DNA of 64,000 nucleotides from Schmidtea nova (taxonomy: Eukaryota): contig CM097882.1 of the NCBI GenBank assembly GCA_044892505.1, positions 262,446,001-262,510,000 on the forward strand, given 5' to 3'. Every line of letters starts with the position of its first letter. The first letter of the stretch is position 1. The position numbers and the translations under genes are program-made. The notes below the pieces were generated by a model. That model made no database searches, had not been told where the DNA came from, and saw only the letters and a list, made by a program, of their open reading frames with translations. Of the stretch, positions 48,466-60,745 are shown piece after piece.

Positions 48466-50879
48466 CCTGAACCCAATGAATTGTCTAGACATTAGTAGTC
48501 GTGGGGACGCAGTTCATCTTTTTCTAGGTATATCCAACCTCTTGAAGCAGTATCAAGTTGCCAAGCAACGAGTGTCAAGCGGGGAGAAAGATTTTATGCT
48601 GATGTAAGTGGATCAAGCAATAGCCAAAAGAACATAGTTTGTTAGAAATAACATCAATTATAAAAATTATCTTGCTTTTTTCTTGACAAAACCTCACCCT
48701 TGACAAAATTCTGGATAAGACACTGGTGTACAGTACTAATTCAAGGATCATCAGTAAATTATTGAGGGTGCATTGTAGTAGTAGTAATTATTATAAGGAT
48801 TATTTTTGTTAATTCTACACTTAATGCCTCTGTTTTTTAAAATTGTTTTGTTTTTGTGAATAGTTTGCACCTCCAGGTGATTTCATTATGTTATCTTGTG
48901 CACATGTAGGTGTTTAAAATTTCATTCATTACATTTTTAAAAGTTATTTATTTATCATTTTAATTTTCTAATAATATTGGTTTTATGCCGACATTCCACC
49001 ACCTAATTCAAAAAGTATCTGTGCACTATGATTGATGGGGTACGTTCAGTGTATTTTATCATATTTTTGATATTCACCATCGCCTGATCGTTTACACAAT
49101 ATTTGAAGAGTAAAATTTATTAAATTCAATTTAAGAATTTAAACTTTGTTTTTATTTCGAAGTGGATTTTATTTTTTTAATGAGAAAATATTATTTAAAA
49201 TTTATCTTTTTTGTTTTAATAATTTGAAATTTTACAGTGTCCTTTTTATATTTGCACAAGAAATTTTATTATTATAATTTAAAAATCGTTGTAAATTCAT
49301 TATATTGTCTTTGAATCTTCTTCAGTCAGCTATTAAGTCGATATTTCCCGTCACCAATTTTGTCATTTTGTATGTTTTTAATAATAATATAAATTTTCTA
49401 GTAAAATTTACGACGTAGAATAAAACTTTTTCCAAATAATTTCCTAAGTTTTGACATTGGTTATTCTTATTTTTCTTTTTTCAAAAAATAAATTTTGTGA
49501 AATGTAAGACAAAACAGAAAAAATAAATTGTTTAATCAACCCGAATAATTTAATAATATATATTTAGAAGATAAAAATTAATATTTACAAAGATAAATAA
49601 ATAAATAAATTATAAAAACATTATCGCGGTAATTAATATTTGCGTGGTTTGTCACATCGACCACTGACATGGATGTATTAACGGTGATTGTTCGCCGAGT
49701 ATGTGAGAGTGAGATGAATGAACCAATGAGTTACTACGGGACTTATGATCAGCAGCAGAGTGATTTAATGAGCAGTTGATGAATGTTACTAAAATAGTAA
49801 CATAAAAATATTTTGGAAAATACGTGCATGCAGTCTCGACAGAGTCAACATGCGAGCTTACATGTAGTGTCCGAGTGACTGGTGTTGGGGTCGATAAAGT
49901 GGTAAAAAATAGACGTATACAGCTACAATTATGCTAGTATTTATGTAGCAACCCCATATTAGTAGTAGCAACTCAAAATAGTGGACTTCAAAATAATTAA
50001 AAAACTGTTCTACTTTTTAAATAAACGCAAAAAAATGTTCTATATTTCGGAATGCCCCTAACGATATAACGATTTCCTATATTTAGTTTTCATTGACAAA
50101 GTATATCCAATTTCATCAATAATTTTTTTCTTTCCTCGTTTGGCGACATCACAATCTCATTTTAAAATATTTTCCCAAATAATCATGTTATTCTTTCTTT
50201 TGCTTAATAAAAATTGCTCAAATTGAGTATGCTCACTTTATTAAGTATGAATTTCACCGATATTTGTATATATAAAATGTATAAATTAAATTATAAATAA
50301 TTTTCGTATAGTAAATCTATAATGCTTTGAAACTTCGTTTAAAACTTTATTTTAGGAAAATTATTGATGTGATTAAGAGAAAAACTACGAAGATTTAAAA
50401 AAAGAAAATAAATTACAAATTGCAATAAATAACCATCCAAGCTATTGGTAATCACAGGAATCCTAGTAAGCACAGGCATAAATAAAAGCCGAAAAAAGAA
50501 GATTATAGAAGATCAAGAAAGAATAAAAGGAAAGATATTTAACCAAAGATATTTAACCAAATAATTTTATTAAGAAAATCCTAATAAGCCTGAGTACGTG
50601 AGTACTAGTTTAACGATATCTTTTTAAGAAAAAGTTGGTTTTTCAACGCTGTTCTTATTGTTATAATCATTTATTAGTATAATTTTGTTAAGACACTCAC
50701 TTGCATACACACGAACGCATTCACACAAAATATATAGCATTCACCCCAGCTGCCCCAAGACAGATTTTTATCGGAGACTCTGCTGGACTCTACATCATCT
50801 TCTTAAACAAATACATTCATAATAACACAACATAATAGTATAATTTTTTACAATAATATACATTCATAATATCAAAATA

Positions 50880-50914
<35 letters not shown>

Positions 50915-51699
50915 CGTTGAAAAATCATAACTTTAACACTTTTTGAAATCATAAATTTGCGGACAGTTAGTTTTGATTTGAGTGATTCCATCAGCCAGCA
51001 CTAATTATTTGGTTATTCAAGGAGAACGATTTACTGTGAGTTTATTCAGGTATATTTTGTTTTATTTCGCGTAATTGGAAGTTTCAATAAATTTTAATGG
51101 TGTCTAATAAATATTTTGAATTGTGATTTTGTGTTCATTAAATTCATCATGATTTACGATTAAACTTTACCCATAAAATAAATAGATGCGTCTTCCCGTT
51201 GTAATGCCATGAGGGTATAGATCCATTGCTGGGGATTCTTCGGAGTTCCGCAGGCGCGGTGAAAACAAACTAAAATTCATTGAATTAAATTTGGATGGTG
51301 GGTAAAAGTAACTAAAAATGGCAAAAAACTAATGCCTCGGATCAATGTGACCAAAATGGGAAAATTTAAGTTGAAAATGAGGAACCTGATCTAATTGGAC
51401 GTAAAGAAGTTGTGAATGCTGATTTCAAAATTCCAACTGATCGTTTTGCTCTAGCCTAGTTCATATTATTATAATTACTATTATTATTATCATTATTATA
51501 TTACAAATTAAAAATAGATTTGACTATATGCCGCGAGCGGTCCTTGAACTGGTGGACTTCAATGCAAATGTCCGTTCACTTGACAACTTAACTATGAGGA
51601 CCTTTACTGTCTGACAAACTAATAAGAGTTGCAGAAATGTGAAATAAATGAAACATGCGCCTACGAATAACCCATTTAATGGGCCCGGGAAAGTAAAAT

Positions 51700-54493
51700 G
51701 TGTTTCTCTTATTTCAGGAAAGGACCGATTCTCCCTGAGAAATCTGCATATCCAAAGACTACATTCTATGGTAAGGAAAGATCCTTTCAAGTCCAGTGGT
51801 ATAAAGATAGACCTTGGCTAGAATACGACGATGAAAAGAATTCAGTTTTCTGCTTTGGTTTCCGAGTTATGGGACAGGTGAAACATGACTCAACATTTCA
51901 GACAGTGGGTTATCGAAATTGGTCACAGGCTCTACAAAAAGTAAAAGGTTTTGACAAGCACAGTAAATCAGACTGCCATATTAAAAACTTGGAAAGGTGA
52001 TCAAACTTCGGAAGAACAGTCCCGATCGATGCTCAGCTAGCACTTATACGTAAGAAGCAATTGGAAATTGGTTGTAAAGAACGGCAGCAATTCCAAGAAA
52101 TATTATCCTTCCTCATAGACATTACCAACACATTGGCAAGGCTTAATCTTCCATTTCGGGACCATGAGGAAAGTACTGATTAATCAAACCGTGTGGTATT
52201 CTTGGAAATCCAGACCTAGCCGTCCACTTACAACGGTATTCTCAAAGCGCAAAGATAACCCAGCTATACGTCACCATCTTCTCAGAATGAGATGATCCAA
52301 ACTGAAGGCTGATATTACAGAAGTTAAAATGGCAAAATTCTTTGCAATTTGCATCGACACCTCACCGGACCTCAGTAAACAGGACCAGCTTTCATTTGTT
52401 GTAAGATATGTCAATCAGTCTAGAGATGTTATTGAGGCTTTACTGGATATGGAGCATGTCACCGAGGCTAATTCTAAAGGGCTGTTTGAGACACTCAACA
52501 GCTTATTAAAGAAACACGACTTGTCAATTACAAACATTCGTGGATTGGGTTATGACGGATGCTCTACTATGAGAGGTTACTAATCTGGATTACAATCACG
52601 TGTTAAGGAAGTGTCACAAACTGCTTATTACGTGCACTGTTTCTAACATCACCTTAACTTAGTTGTCGTCGATGCCTGTTCGGAGAATGTAATGGCGAGA
52701 AACTTTTTTGGTATCGTACAGAAACTATTTTGCTGTATTGAGGGCAGCACAAAGTGACATGGCCTATTTCAGTACATTATAGATTGGGAATCAGACAACA
52801 TGCAGTCTGGATGTCGAACCATGAAATCTTTGTGTTCGACACGCTGGAGCAGTCGAGCAGACAATTGTGCAGTGATTTTGAACACACTTCGAAAAATTGT
52901 GTAAACACTTGAACAGATCACAACAGATTCATCCTACGACCGTGAAACAACAAGTGGTGCATTCTCTCTGTTAAAAGCAGTCGATTTAAACTTTTGCTTG
53001 TGCCTCACAGTTATGCACGATATGCAACGTTTTATCCAAAACTTTGCAACTACAAGACTTAATATTTCAGCAGCTACCATCCAACTGAAATCACAAATCA
53101 AAACAATTGCAGATTCTCGGAATGAAACTTCATTTCATGCCTTGTGGGTAAAAGCGGAATCTGTTGCAGCCACGTCAAAGAAAAATATCAAAGAGAATAG
53201 ACGAAAATTGGGCCACACAGGTTCATCTCTCGGGCAAAGAAAAGAGCAGGTCTGATTTTTATTACGCAACCATCGATTTGTTGTTATCTGCTCTGAATAC
53301 TCGATTTCATGAAAATTTACTTTCTTTGTTATTGTAAAGATTTTATCAACATTGTTGTTATTTATATTGTTTTTGTTATCATTATGATTATTAATATTGT
53401 AATCGCTTTTATTGTCGTGGGCGTCCTTGTGGACACGGGATGACCCCTTTTTTATTTATAATTCAAATGAAGAAAATTAACAAGTTTAAAAAATAATCAA
53501 TTATCTATGACAATTAGATTTTGATTATTGAAAAAATTAATTAACTATAGGAATGAATAACCGAAAAGTTTACAGAACTTTATGAAAGTGAAGATTCCGG
53601 AACGAATAAAGAAAATTCAAGAAAATTAACAAAAGAAAACTCTAGTTATGAATTCAAAAGAACTAACTAAGAAAATTCAATAAATTTATAAAAGAAAACT
53701 AACGAACAAAGAGATTTAAAGAATTACGTGAGTACAAGTTTTATTAACATTGTTATTAAATAAAAAAGTGTTTCTACAATATTTGTATTTAGTTCATTTG
53801 TTGTTAATACACATTCACTATATACACACGCACGCATAAACACAAAATACATAGCATTAACCCCACTTGTCCCAAGACAGATTTTTACCGGTGACCCGAC
53901 TTGGCTCTTCAATCTCCCACAATACACATTCACAAACAATATACCTTACAACAAACCTCGACAAATAAATAAATAAATTACCTTCACTTGCCTGCCTAAC
54001 CTCTCCAAGGATATTGCAAGTCAATAAACTACGAACTCTATCCCCTTTTTATTCTGGAGATGTTGATGCCATTGTTCCAGAGTACCGAATCTTTTGTCAA
54101 GGAACATTTAAAAAATGAGACATACATTCCATATATAACTCAATATGACCAGCAATGATCTACTAAAAGTGTACCTTACTTTAGCAACTCTCTATCAATC
54201 GGTACTAACCTTGCCAGCGACCTCTTGCAGCTGCGAACGCTCGTTTTCAGCCCTTAAAATTGTAAAGAATAACTTCCGCACTAACCAGGTCGAAAGTCCG
54301 ACTTAATAGTCATCACAGTGGAGGCTGCACGATCGAGAGGAACGGATCCATTGCGAGCTACAAACCACTTCTGGAACTGTTTTGTTGATCGGCGTTAGCT
54401 GTTTTACTTTTATTAATACAAAACGAATCAGTTTTCTCTGCTATTAATTGATTTTTGAGCACACCCAAATATTTTAACCACACGACGCCACTG
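51700..54493 (+). pseudogene. Decayed ZMYM1-like hAT (TTF zinc finger to dimerisation domain) with internal insertion
   Basis: RSFQVQWYKDRPWLEYD..VFCF, FAICIDTSPDLSKQDQL, GYDGCSTM, TRWSSR, LPATSCSCERSFSALK; right end ACGACGCCACTG at 54493. Confidence 0.85.
53727..53940. repeat. Dispersed repeat family member (others near 21521-21760, 46440-46640, 50597-50830)
   Basis: Shared CGTGAGTA, CACAC-rich stretch and CCCC..TGTCCC..(TTTTTA)CCGG.GACTC..GG.CTCTACA core. Confidence 0.75.
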
Positions 54494-55288
54494 TCTAATT
54501 ATATTAATAAGATTATTTATTAGATAGTAGTTTAATTTGCGAAACACTGCTAATACTTATTGTAAATATATAATGCAAAACTATGTCAAATTTGTGTCGA
54601 TGAGATCGAAATTCACACTAGAGTAAAGAACGCCGAAAAGATTTCAAGTGAATTCAGCAAATTATTTAATATAGTATTGTTCTTTCTTACTATATCATAT
54701 TACTATTAAAAGAAGACTGTTTTGAATAAACTGATATTTTACTTTCAGATATTATTACCAGATATACATACCATAAAATTACAATAAAATTTGAAGTTAG
54801 AATATAGCATATAAAACTTTTGAACTTAGTTAAAATCACATATAAACTTATATCTTACACGATACAATGGAGATAAATTTATTCTATCTCATAAAAATAG
54901 TTAATTTTAATAATTAACAGTTAAATATTATTTTACTCTGAGACTTGTAAAGTTAATTATTATCAAGACAATATTATAAATAATCTTACTCGGGTAAATG
55001 TGTCATTTTTATGAACTAATAATAGATGGTACTATAAAAAAAATCCATGTTTTAATTTTGAAATGTTATTTAAATTTAAACAATTATATCAAGAAATTTT
55101 AAAATATGAAAACAAATAATGTATTAAAAACTTCTTTATATTTTAAAATAAGAACTTATTAATTATTTGGAAATTTTGTAATATAAGGTTGGTGCTAGTT
55201 TTAAAAATAAATGCAGTTTTTAAATATTAACTTTGAATATTACAATACAAAAAAGGAGCACATAAATTTAATTATGATAAAACATTAA

Positions 55289-55360
55289 CCCTTTCGCGGA
55301 CAATGACGTGTATACACGTCATACTACTGCGTTCTGTTGGGACATGCGTCCGCGAAAGGG
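55289..55360. mobile_element. 72-bp piggyBac MITE, copy 2 (identical to copy 1)
   Basis: TTAA TSD; same sequence as 44916-44987. Confidence 0.95.
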
Positions 55361-56070
55361 TTAATACTATAACTCTTTGGATAAGCATAAGGGAACCCAA
55401 CACAAATAATGGTAAAATCAATACTGACACCTAATTCGTTTTTGGTTATTCGGTAAACATCATAAACGTAGCGTTGACAGAAAGTGCACAGAACTTCGTT
55501 TTAGTGTTCTGTAATCATGGCAGACATGACACCATTCCCTTATTTCTATTGTTTAATTTGATCACATTGTTTTTTACAATTTCAGAAACTCCTAAAAGAA
55601 GCTGCTGGGTTCATGGAGGGGTTAGATGAAAAATGTTCTAACAATGACTAGGGATCCCTCATCCATGATCATGCATAAAATTGCAATCTTACACTCAAGC
55701 GCCCTTGATTATTTCCCTATATAATCAAGTTGGTGATGCGCAGGGTGGTTAAACAATGATGGGCAGGTGAGCACTATCGCTAGTACTACTCCCCATTTAT
55801 GTTTACGGGTTCATAGCTGCCGTTAGAAGGACTTATGCTTTAATCATCTACTTATGTATTCCGCGTTAATCTTTCCGAAAATTTATTTTTATCATTGCTC
55901 AGTCTGCGAGAAGAATTTCATCGAATGCTCGCCTAATTATTTAATTATCTCTATTTGATATTTTGTAAAATGAATTTATACTTTTGTTCTATCTTTATCT
56001 AATCATTGGTAAAGTTAATTAAATCAATTTAAACGAACGATAAAATTCTTAAGTCAATACAACAATTTAT

Positions 56071-56667
56071 TTAATTTTTAATGAGTTCGGTAAAAACTCC
56101 CGCTGGAGGAAAAATCTCCGTCAATAATGCCTCCTCGGTCATCTGATGTAGACCATCGACTTGGCTTTGTAGTTGCTGGGCAAATAATTTTCTCTGTCTC
56201 CGCCGTTTCTGCCCAATACGCTTGCGTTTCTGGTGCGCATTTGCCGTTGAGGTGGTTGGATTTGCTGCAGGAGCCGGCTCATTTTGGTTTTCACTTAGAT
56301 CGGCGACATCCGTGCCAATGGAATTTACAGTCTTCTTTTCGGATGTCCAAGCTTGGTACGTAACCGGACGGATTTGCTCTCTGAGCTCTTTCTCAATATA
56401 TGAGGCAGTTACGGAATGGAGACATTTTCGGAGTTCTATCTTTGTAGCCTCCCATTCCATTTGATAATCGGCTGCAGTCCGCTGGGCGCGCTCGGTTTTA
56501 CTGATTTGCTCCTTCATTCGGGCCGGAGCAAACCAGCTTTTGCGCAAGTATGCGATCTGTGCCTCTGCTTTGATCAATTGTGCCTTGAGGAGACCCAATT
56601 CTTTATCCTGGGCTCTCCGAATCCGCCACATCTTTTCCAATTCTTTCTGCATCAAATCGGGGTTCAT
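56071..56667 (-). CDS. Cassette protein B: coiled-coil protein with basic C-terminal NLS-like stretch (198 aa)
   Basis: Intact ORF with TTATAG|A ATG acceptor and QKRKRIGQKRRRQRK; homologous to the relic at 38565-39005. Confidence 0.7.
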   Translation of the reverse strand: MNPDLMQKELEKMWRIRRAQDKELGLLKAQLIKAEAQIAYLRKSWFAPARMKEQISKTERAQRTAADYQMEWEATKIELRKCLHSVTASYIEKELREQIRPVTYQAWTSEKKTVNSIGTDVADLSENQNEPAPAANPTTSTANAHQKRKRIGQKRRRQRKLFAQQLQSQVDGLHQMTEEALLTEIFPPAGVFTELIKN

Positions 56668-56845
56668 TCTATAATTTATTTAGGATATTTACTCTATGAT
56701 TTAATTATATGAAAATTAAAATCTGATCATAGGATTATTAGGTCACGAAGGTGAACTATCAAAATGCGAAACAAAACTCAAAAAACAAAAATTCACTAAT
56801 GAACTATAATATTTTAATACAATTTCAACATTTGTTAATCAGTTT

Positions 56846-57325
56846 TCATCTCCGAAACAAACAATGCAATTCGTTGTTAATCGGTTTCTGACGCAGACGA
56901 GCCCAAGAGAATGAGGGTTGTCCTTTCTGGCACTCCTTGCCGAACGGTTTTCGTGGCAGGAATTTGTGCAGACCTAGTTGGCATAGCTCTCGACGAGGGA
57001 TATGCCCCCAATAAATTACACGGCTTGTCCGTCCATCTGTGTCCTTGATCAGTACGACAAGTCGGCCAAATTTGTTCGAGTACGGCCTTTGAGAAATCGG
57101 CCAGTTCGGTCCTCCTCGATAGAGTATTTGGTCGTTCCCTCCTGTCCATATTGAGAACGGGCATTTTCGGCCAAACCCATGTCGCCACTTATATATCTGG
57201 CAATTGAGGGTTCGCAATATCGATGCCGGTAGATCCTTGAGCTGTGAAATCTTTCCATTCTGTATATTCCTTTGTTCCACATTCCGTAGTTGAGTTAATT
57301 GATTCCTAGGTTCAGCTGTCGACAT
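56846..57325 (-). CDS. Cassette protein A: uncharacterised 159-aa protein
   Basis: Intact ORF with ATATAG|ATG acceptor; conserved with two divergent copies in the window. Confidence 0.7.
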   Translation of the reverse strand: MSTAEPRNQLTQLRNVEQRNIQNGKISQLKDLPASILRTLNCQIYKWRHGFGRKCPFSIWTGGNDQILYRGGPNWPISQRPYSNKFGRLVVLIKDTDGRTSRVIYWGHIPRRELCQLGLHKFLPRKPFGKECQKGQPSFSWARLRQKPINNELHCLFRR

Positions 57326-58337
57326 CTATATTACATTTATTGGATATAAAATATATGCGTTAAGGGGGAAATTCGTTGATAATTTAATTATACTGTATAT
57401 GATCACAAAAGTTACTTAAAAATAAGATTAATTTGATTTCTCTCCGCCGTGATCTACCACGGTCGGAATAAAGAGTTCATAATTAGTCCTGTGCTATATA
57501 CAGCATTCAGGAATTTTCAAATTTAATCAAGATTTCCGCGCTATATACAGCGGTCGGATTATAACTTGGGAACCGCGCCATATACGACGATCGGCCTATT
57601 TTTAGTAACTAATTTAATTTGGATTTTCCGACGCATTCCATCGCGATCGGAATTTATCGATATTAAAATTTTGTAGGCGAGATGCTGATTCCGAATGAAA
57701 TCGGACTTTGGACTACGTTGGATTTTCTCATTTCAGCGAAATTATTCAAATTTAATTTTATTTGTTGCTCACTGTTTTTCCATGCGAGAGGTTCCATTTC
57801 GATTCAATCGACAAAAATTTAAATGATGAGTATGCCCTACCATGGGGTGTCCCTCCTTATCAATCCGCCCTCCGCAATCTCCCTATTTGGCCCTCGACCT
57901 CCGTCCGTTGTGCAACCCAGAATTAAATAATTAGTAAATGGTCTGTACTAGACTCAAAATTCAATCAAATTTTCTAAATGAAATTCCACATCTAAACTAA
58001 ATAATAAAAAGGTTGAACCGCCATGTGAGACCCTGAGGCCCCACAACGACGACTCGGACTCCCTCGCCGCGTGAGCAGCATAGGAAGTATAGCTATATGC
58101 ATTAAAGTGTCAATAAAAATAATCAATGAAAAAAATAAAATGACGTTTACATATAAAATTCTAATTAAATAAAAATCATGGGTACATCATATAAGATAAC
58201 ATAAAAAATTACTTCCGTACTTGAATGTGTGGTTCCTTGTATGAAATTCGGTTCTTTCAAAAAATTACTCAAATCAAAGTTTAGTCTTGATTGTGAGTGA
58301 AAAGGTAAAACGTCTGTTGTTGTGATTTTTGGATCGG

Positions 58338-58372
58338 TATTTATACTGATCCGTCTGGTTGGATTGACCAAT
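58338..58372 (-). promoter_or_regulatory. CCAAT plus TATA promoter upstream of the two-gene cassette
   Basis: CTGATTGG (58368-58375) and TATAAATA (58338-58345) on the minus strand; candidate donors at about 58212-58220. Confidence 0.55.
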
Positions 58373-58927
58373 CAGGATCAGGCCGTCCTTCAAAGTATTT
58401 TTATTATTTTATTCTAATCTAAACATTATTTTGTTTCCTTTTCCGGTTTCTTGCTGGGTGGTCCTGATTTTTCAAATAATTAATTAATTATTTGCACTAT
58501 TATTTTATTTAATTCTATCTTTTCTTATTTCAGGCCCCCCTTTTGCGGTTGTTTACCGGTTTATTTTCAAAATTTCCTTTTACTGAAAATTTATCAATTA
58601 TTATTTGTCGTTTTATTGTTATTTTTAATTTGTTTTTCTTGCTGTTTTTATTTTTATTATTTCTTTATTGTTTCGTGCTTTTGTTCGTTTTGTTGTGTTT
58701 TTTAGGTGATTTGGCGGGCCCAACATCACCCGGGGACCCCTAAAATTGCGTCCCGCAATTAATTATACATAAATACTTATATTCATCATCCATAAAAAGT
58801 TTTATAAAGTTATACATGCAAAGAAAAATCACATAAGGTGATCGAATTTATACATATCATAAAGTTTGTCATTAAATAGTCAAAATGTAATGATTTGTCA
58901 CAATAGTTCGATAAGTTATCATAATGT

Positions 58928-59497
58928 TTATACAATTTGTTCGATCGTCTGGCTCGCTTGGGGTTGAGTTCGGGTCCTCTCGTTGATTATTTGTAGCTCG
59001 TAGTGGGTTTGGATGTGGTTGAGATGGCTCCTTATTCGTCTTTGAGCTCGGTTATCTCGTCTGGAGGTTTGGTTGTAGATTTTCTGCTTTTGTTTTAGGA
59101 TTTTTATTCTATATGAGGCAATTAGGATTGTGATTGCGATGATAGTTGTGCTGACTGCTAGGATTATGATGATTGCTATGATCCATTTTTCTTGATATTC
59201 TATTTCAGCTTGGGATAGGCTTTTTATGGGCTCTCTACCTTCTCTCAGGATTTTTCGGGTTTCCTTTAATTTCAGTTGTTGGTTACCGAAGATTTGTTGG
59301 ATTTGATGATCTTGATTGTAGGGGTATTTCTGTCGGAATTCGTTGATTTCTTTAATTACTTCTTCGATTAGGCTGTCTACTTTCTGGTAGATTCTGTCGG
59401 GTAGAACTCGTAATTGGGTTTCGGTTAGTTGTAGATCTTCTCTCTGTAAGGTAATGGTTGTTAACCATAGGAGTGTTGCTATTGCGAGCTTTCTCAT
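58928..59497 (-). CDS. Type I membrane protein (signal peptide, helical ectodomain, TM, basic tail; 189 aa)
   Basis: MRKLAIATLLWLTTITLQ signal; WIIAIIIILAVSTTIIAITILIASY TM followed by RIKILKQKQK. First ATG is 59497 (the track start is a GTG). Confidence 0.7.
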   Translation of the reverse strand: MRKLAIATLLWLTTITLQREDLQLTETQLRVLPDRIYQKVDSLIEEVIKEINEFRQKYPYNQDHQIQQIFGNQQLKLKETRKILREGREPIKSLSQAEIEYQEKWIIAIIIILAVSTTIIAITILIASYRIKILKQKQKIYNQTSRRDNRAQRRIRSHLNHIQTHYELQIINERTRTQPQASQTIEQIV

Positions 59498-59572
59498 CTC
59501 TTTTATACATCGGTCAATACAGCTTGACACTTTTTATTTTACAAAATTTATTTACACTTGGTTTTCGCACAT

Positions 59573-60634
59573 TTATACAAGGGTTTCGTTGGGTTCGTGA
59601 AAACCTTCGTCTTGAGGTTCCACCTGATTTATGGGGAGTGGCATCCATATTACCGTGCTCCTCCACATTTCGACTTCTTCTCGGTATGTGTGGGATATCT
59701 GGATCTCTTCATCTAATAAGTATTCCAGATAGTTCGCTTGTTCTGTTAGGGTTTCAATTTGTTTTTCTAGTTCTGCCAATTTTTTCTCTCTCTCTTCCTT
59801 CTCCATCATTTCGGTCACTGCTGCTGTGATACTTGTTTCTTTTATTGGTGTTGGTTTTTCTGCCAACTTCTTTCTCAGTTCTTCGTTTTCTTTTGTCAAA
59901 TTTGTTATGTTCTCTTCATAACTCTGCCTCGTTTCTTCCAGTCTTTCTTTAGTTCTTTTTAATTCTATTTTCTTCTGGGTGATCACTCCTTGATATCCAT
60001 TTATGTCTCTTTTCATGTTTTCTTCCTTGTGATTCCACATTCCGGTCAGCATACCTTTTAATTGTTCTTGATTGGCTAAATCTTCTCCCATTCTTCGTAC
60101 TTGATAAGTTAATTCTTTTATTTTCTTGGCTTGTTCTCTGATAAATTGTTGTCTTTTCTTACTCCATACTTTATTTGACGCTTCTTGACTGATCTTTTGT
60201 CCTAATTCCTCTTTTAATTCATCGATCTCTTTAAACAGTTTCCAATCATCGCTGTACACTGTTCGTTCTATTATCTCCCTTGCTTCCTTGTAAGAGTCTT
60301 TTGCCTCTTTCTTCCAATATCTTGCTTGTTCTGTGATTGACTGAATCTTATGGTCTGTTTTTATTTGTTGTCTATCCCTATCCTCTCGTCGCTCTTTCAT
60401 CATCTCTTTGTAGTATTCGTTTTGTTGTCTTAGCAGTTTGTAGACTTCTTCTATTTTTTCTCGACTTCTTTGATTCGTTTTCTCGGCTTCTCTTAGTGCT
60501 TCGGTTTGTCTTTCTAATTCCTCCTGTTTTCGATAATAGGCATGAATCCATCTCCCAATCCGCTCCATGTGATTTCTGATCATTTCGTCTTGATGTACGG
60601 TTACTTCTTGTAAGGTTACCTCTATATTTCCCAT
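59573..60634 (-). CDS. Long coiled-coil protein (353 aa, SMC/myosin-tail-like composition)
   Basis: Intact E/K/R/Q-rich heptad ORF with TTATAG|AA ATG acceptor. Confidence 0.75.
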   Translation of the reverse strand: MGNIEVTLQEVTVHQDEMIRNHMERIGRWIHAYYRKQEELERQTEALREAEKTNQRSREKIEEVYKLLRQQNEYYKEMMKERREDRDRQQIKTDHKIQSITEQARYWKKEAKDSYKEAREIIERTVYSDDWKLFKEIDELKEELGQKISQEASNKVWSKKRQQFIREQAKKIKELTYQVRRMGEDLANQEQLKGMLTGMWNHKEENMKRDINGYQGVITQKKIELKRTKERLEETRQSYEENITNLTKENEELRKKLAEKPTPIKETSITAAVTEMMEKEEREKKLAELEKQIETLTEQANYLEYLLDEEIQISHTYREEVEMWRSTVIWMPLPINQVEPQDEGFHEPNETLV

Positions 60635-60745
60635 TTCTATAATTACAGATAAAAAGAATATTTAATCAGTTTTTATTTTTATTGTTTTTGATTATTTGTT
60701 ATTTCATATTGTTTCTACATTTTATTTACATGGTTATTTCCTTCA

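Noticed and set aside
58700-58720. TGGCGGGCCCAAC as a tRNA-Lys PBS on the plus strand
   Set aside because: Two extra bases relative to TGGCGCCCAAC, no preceding CA, and opposite to the ORF strand.
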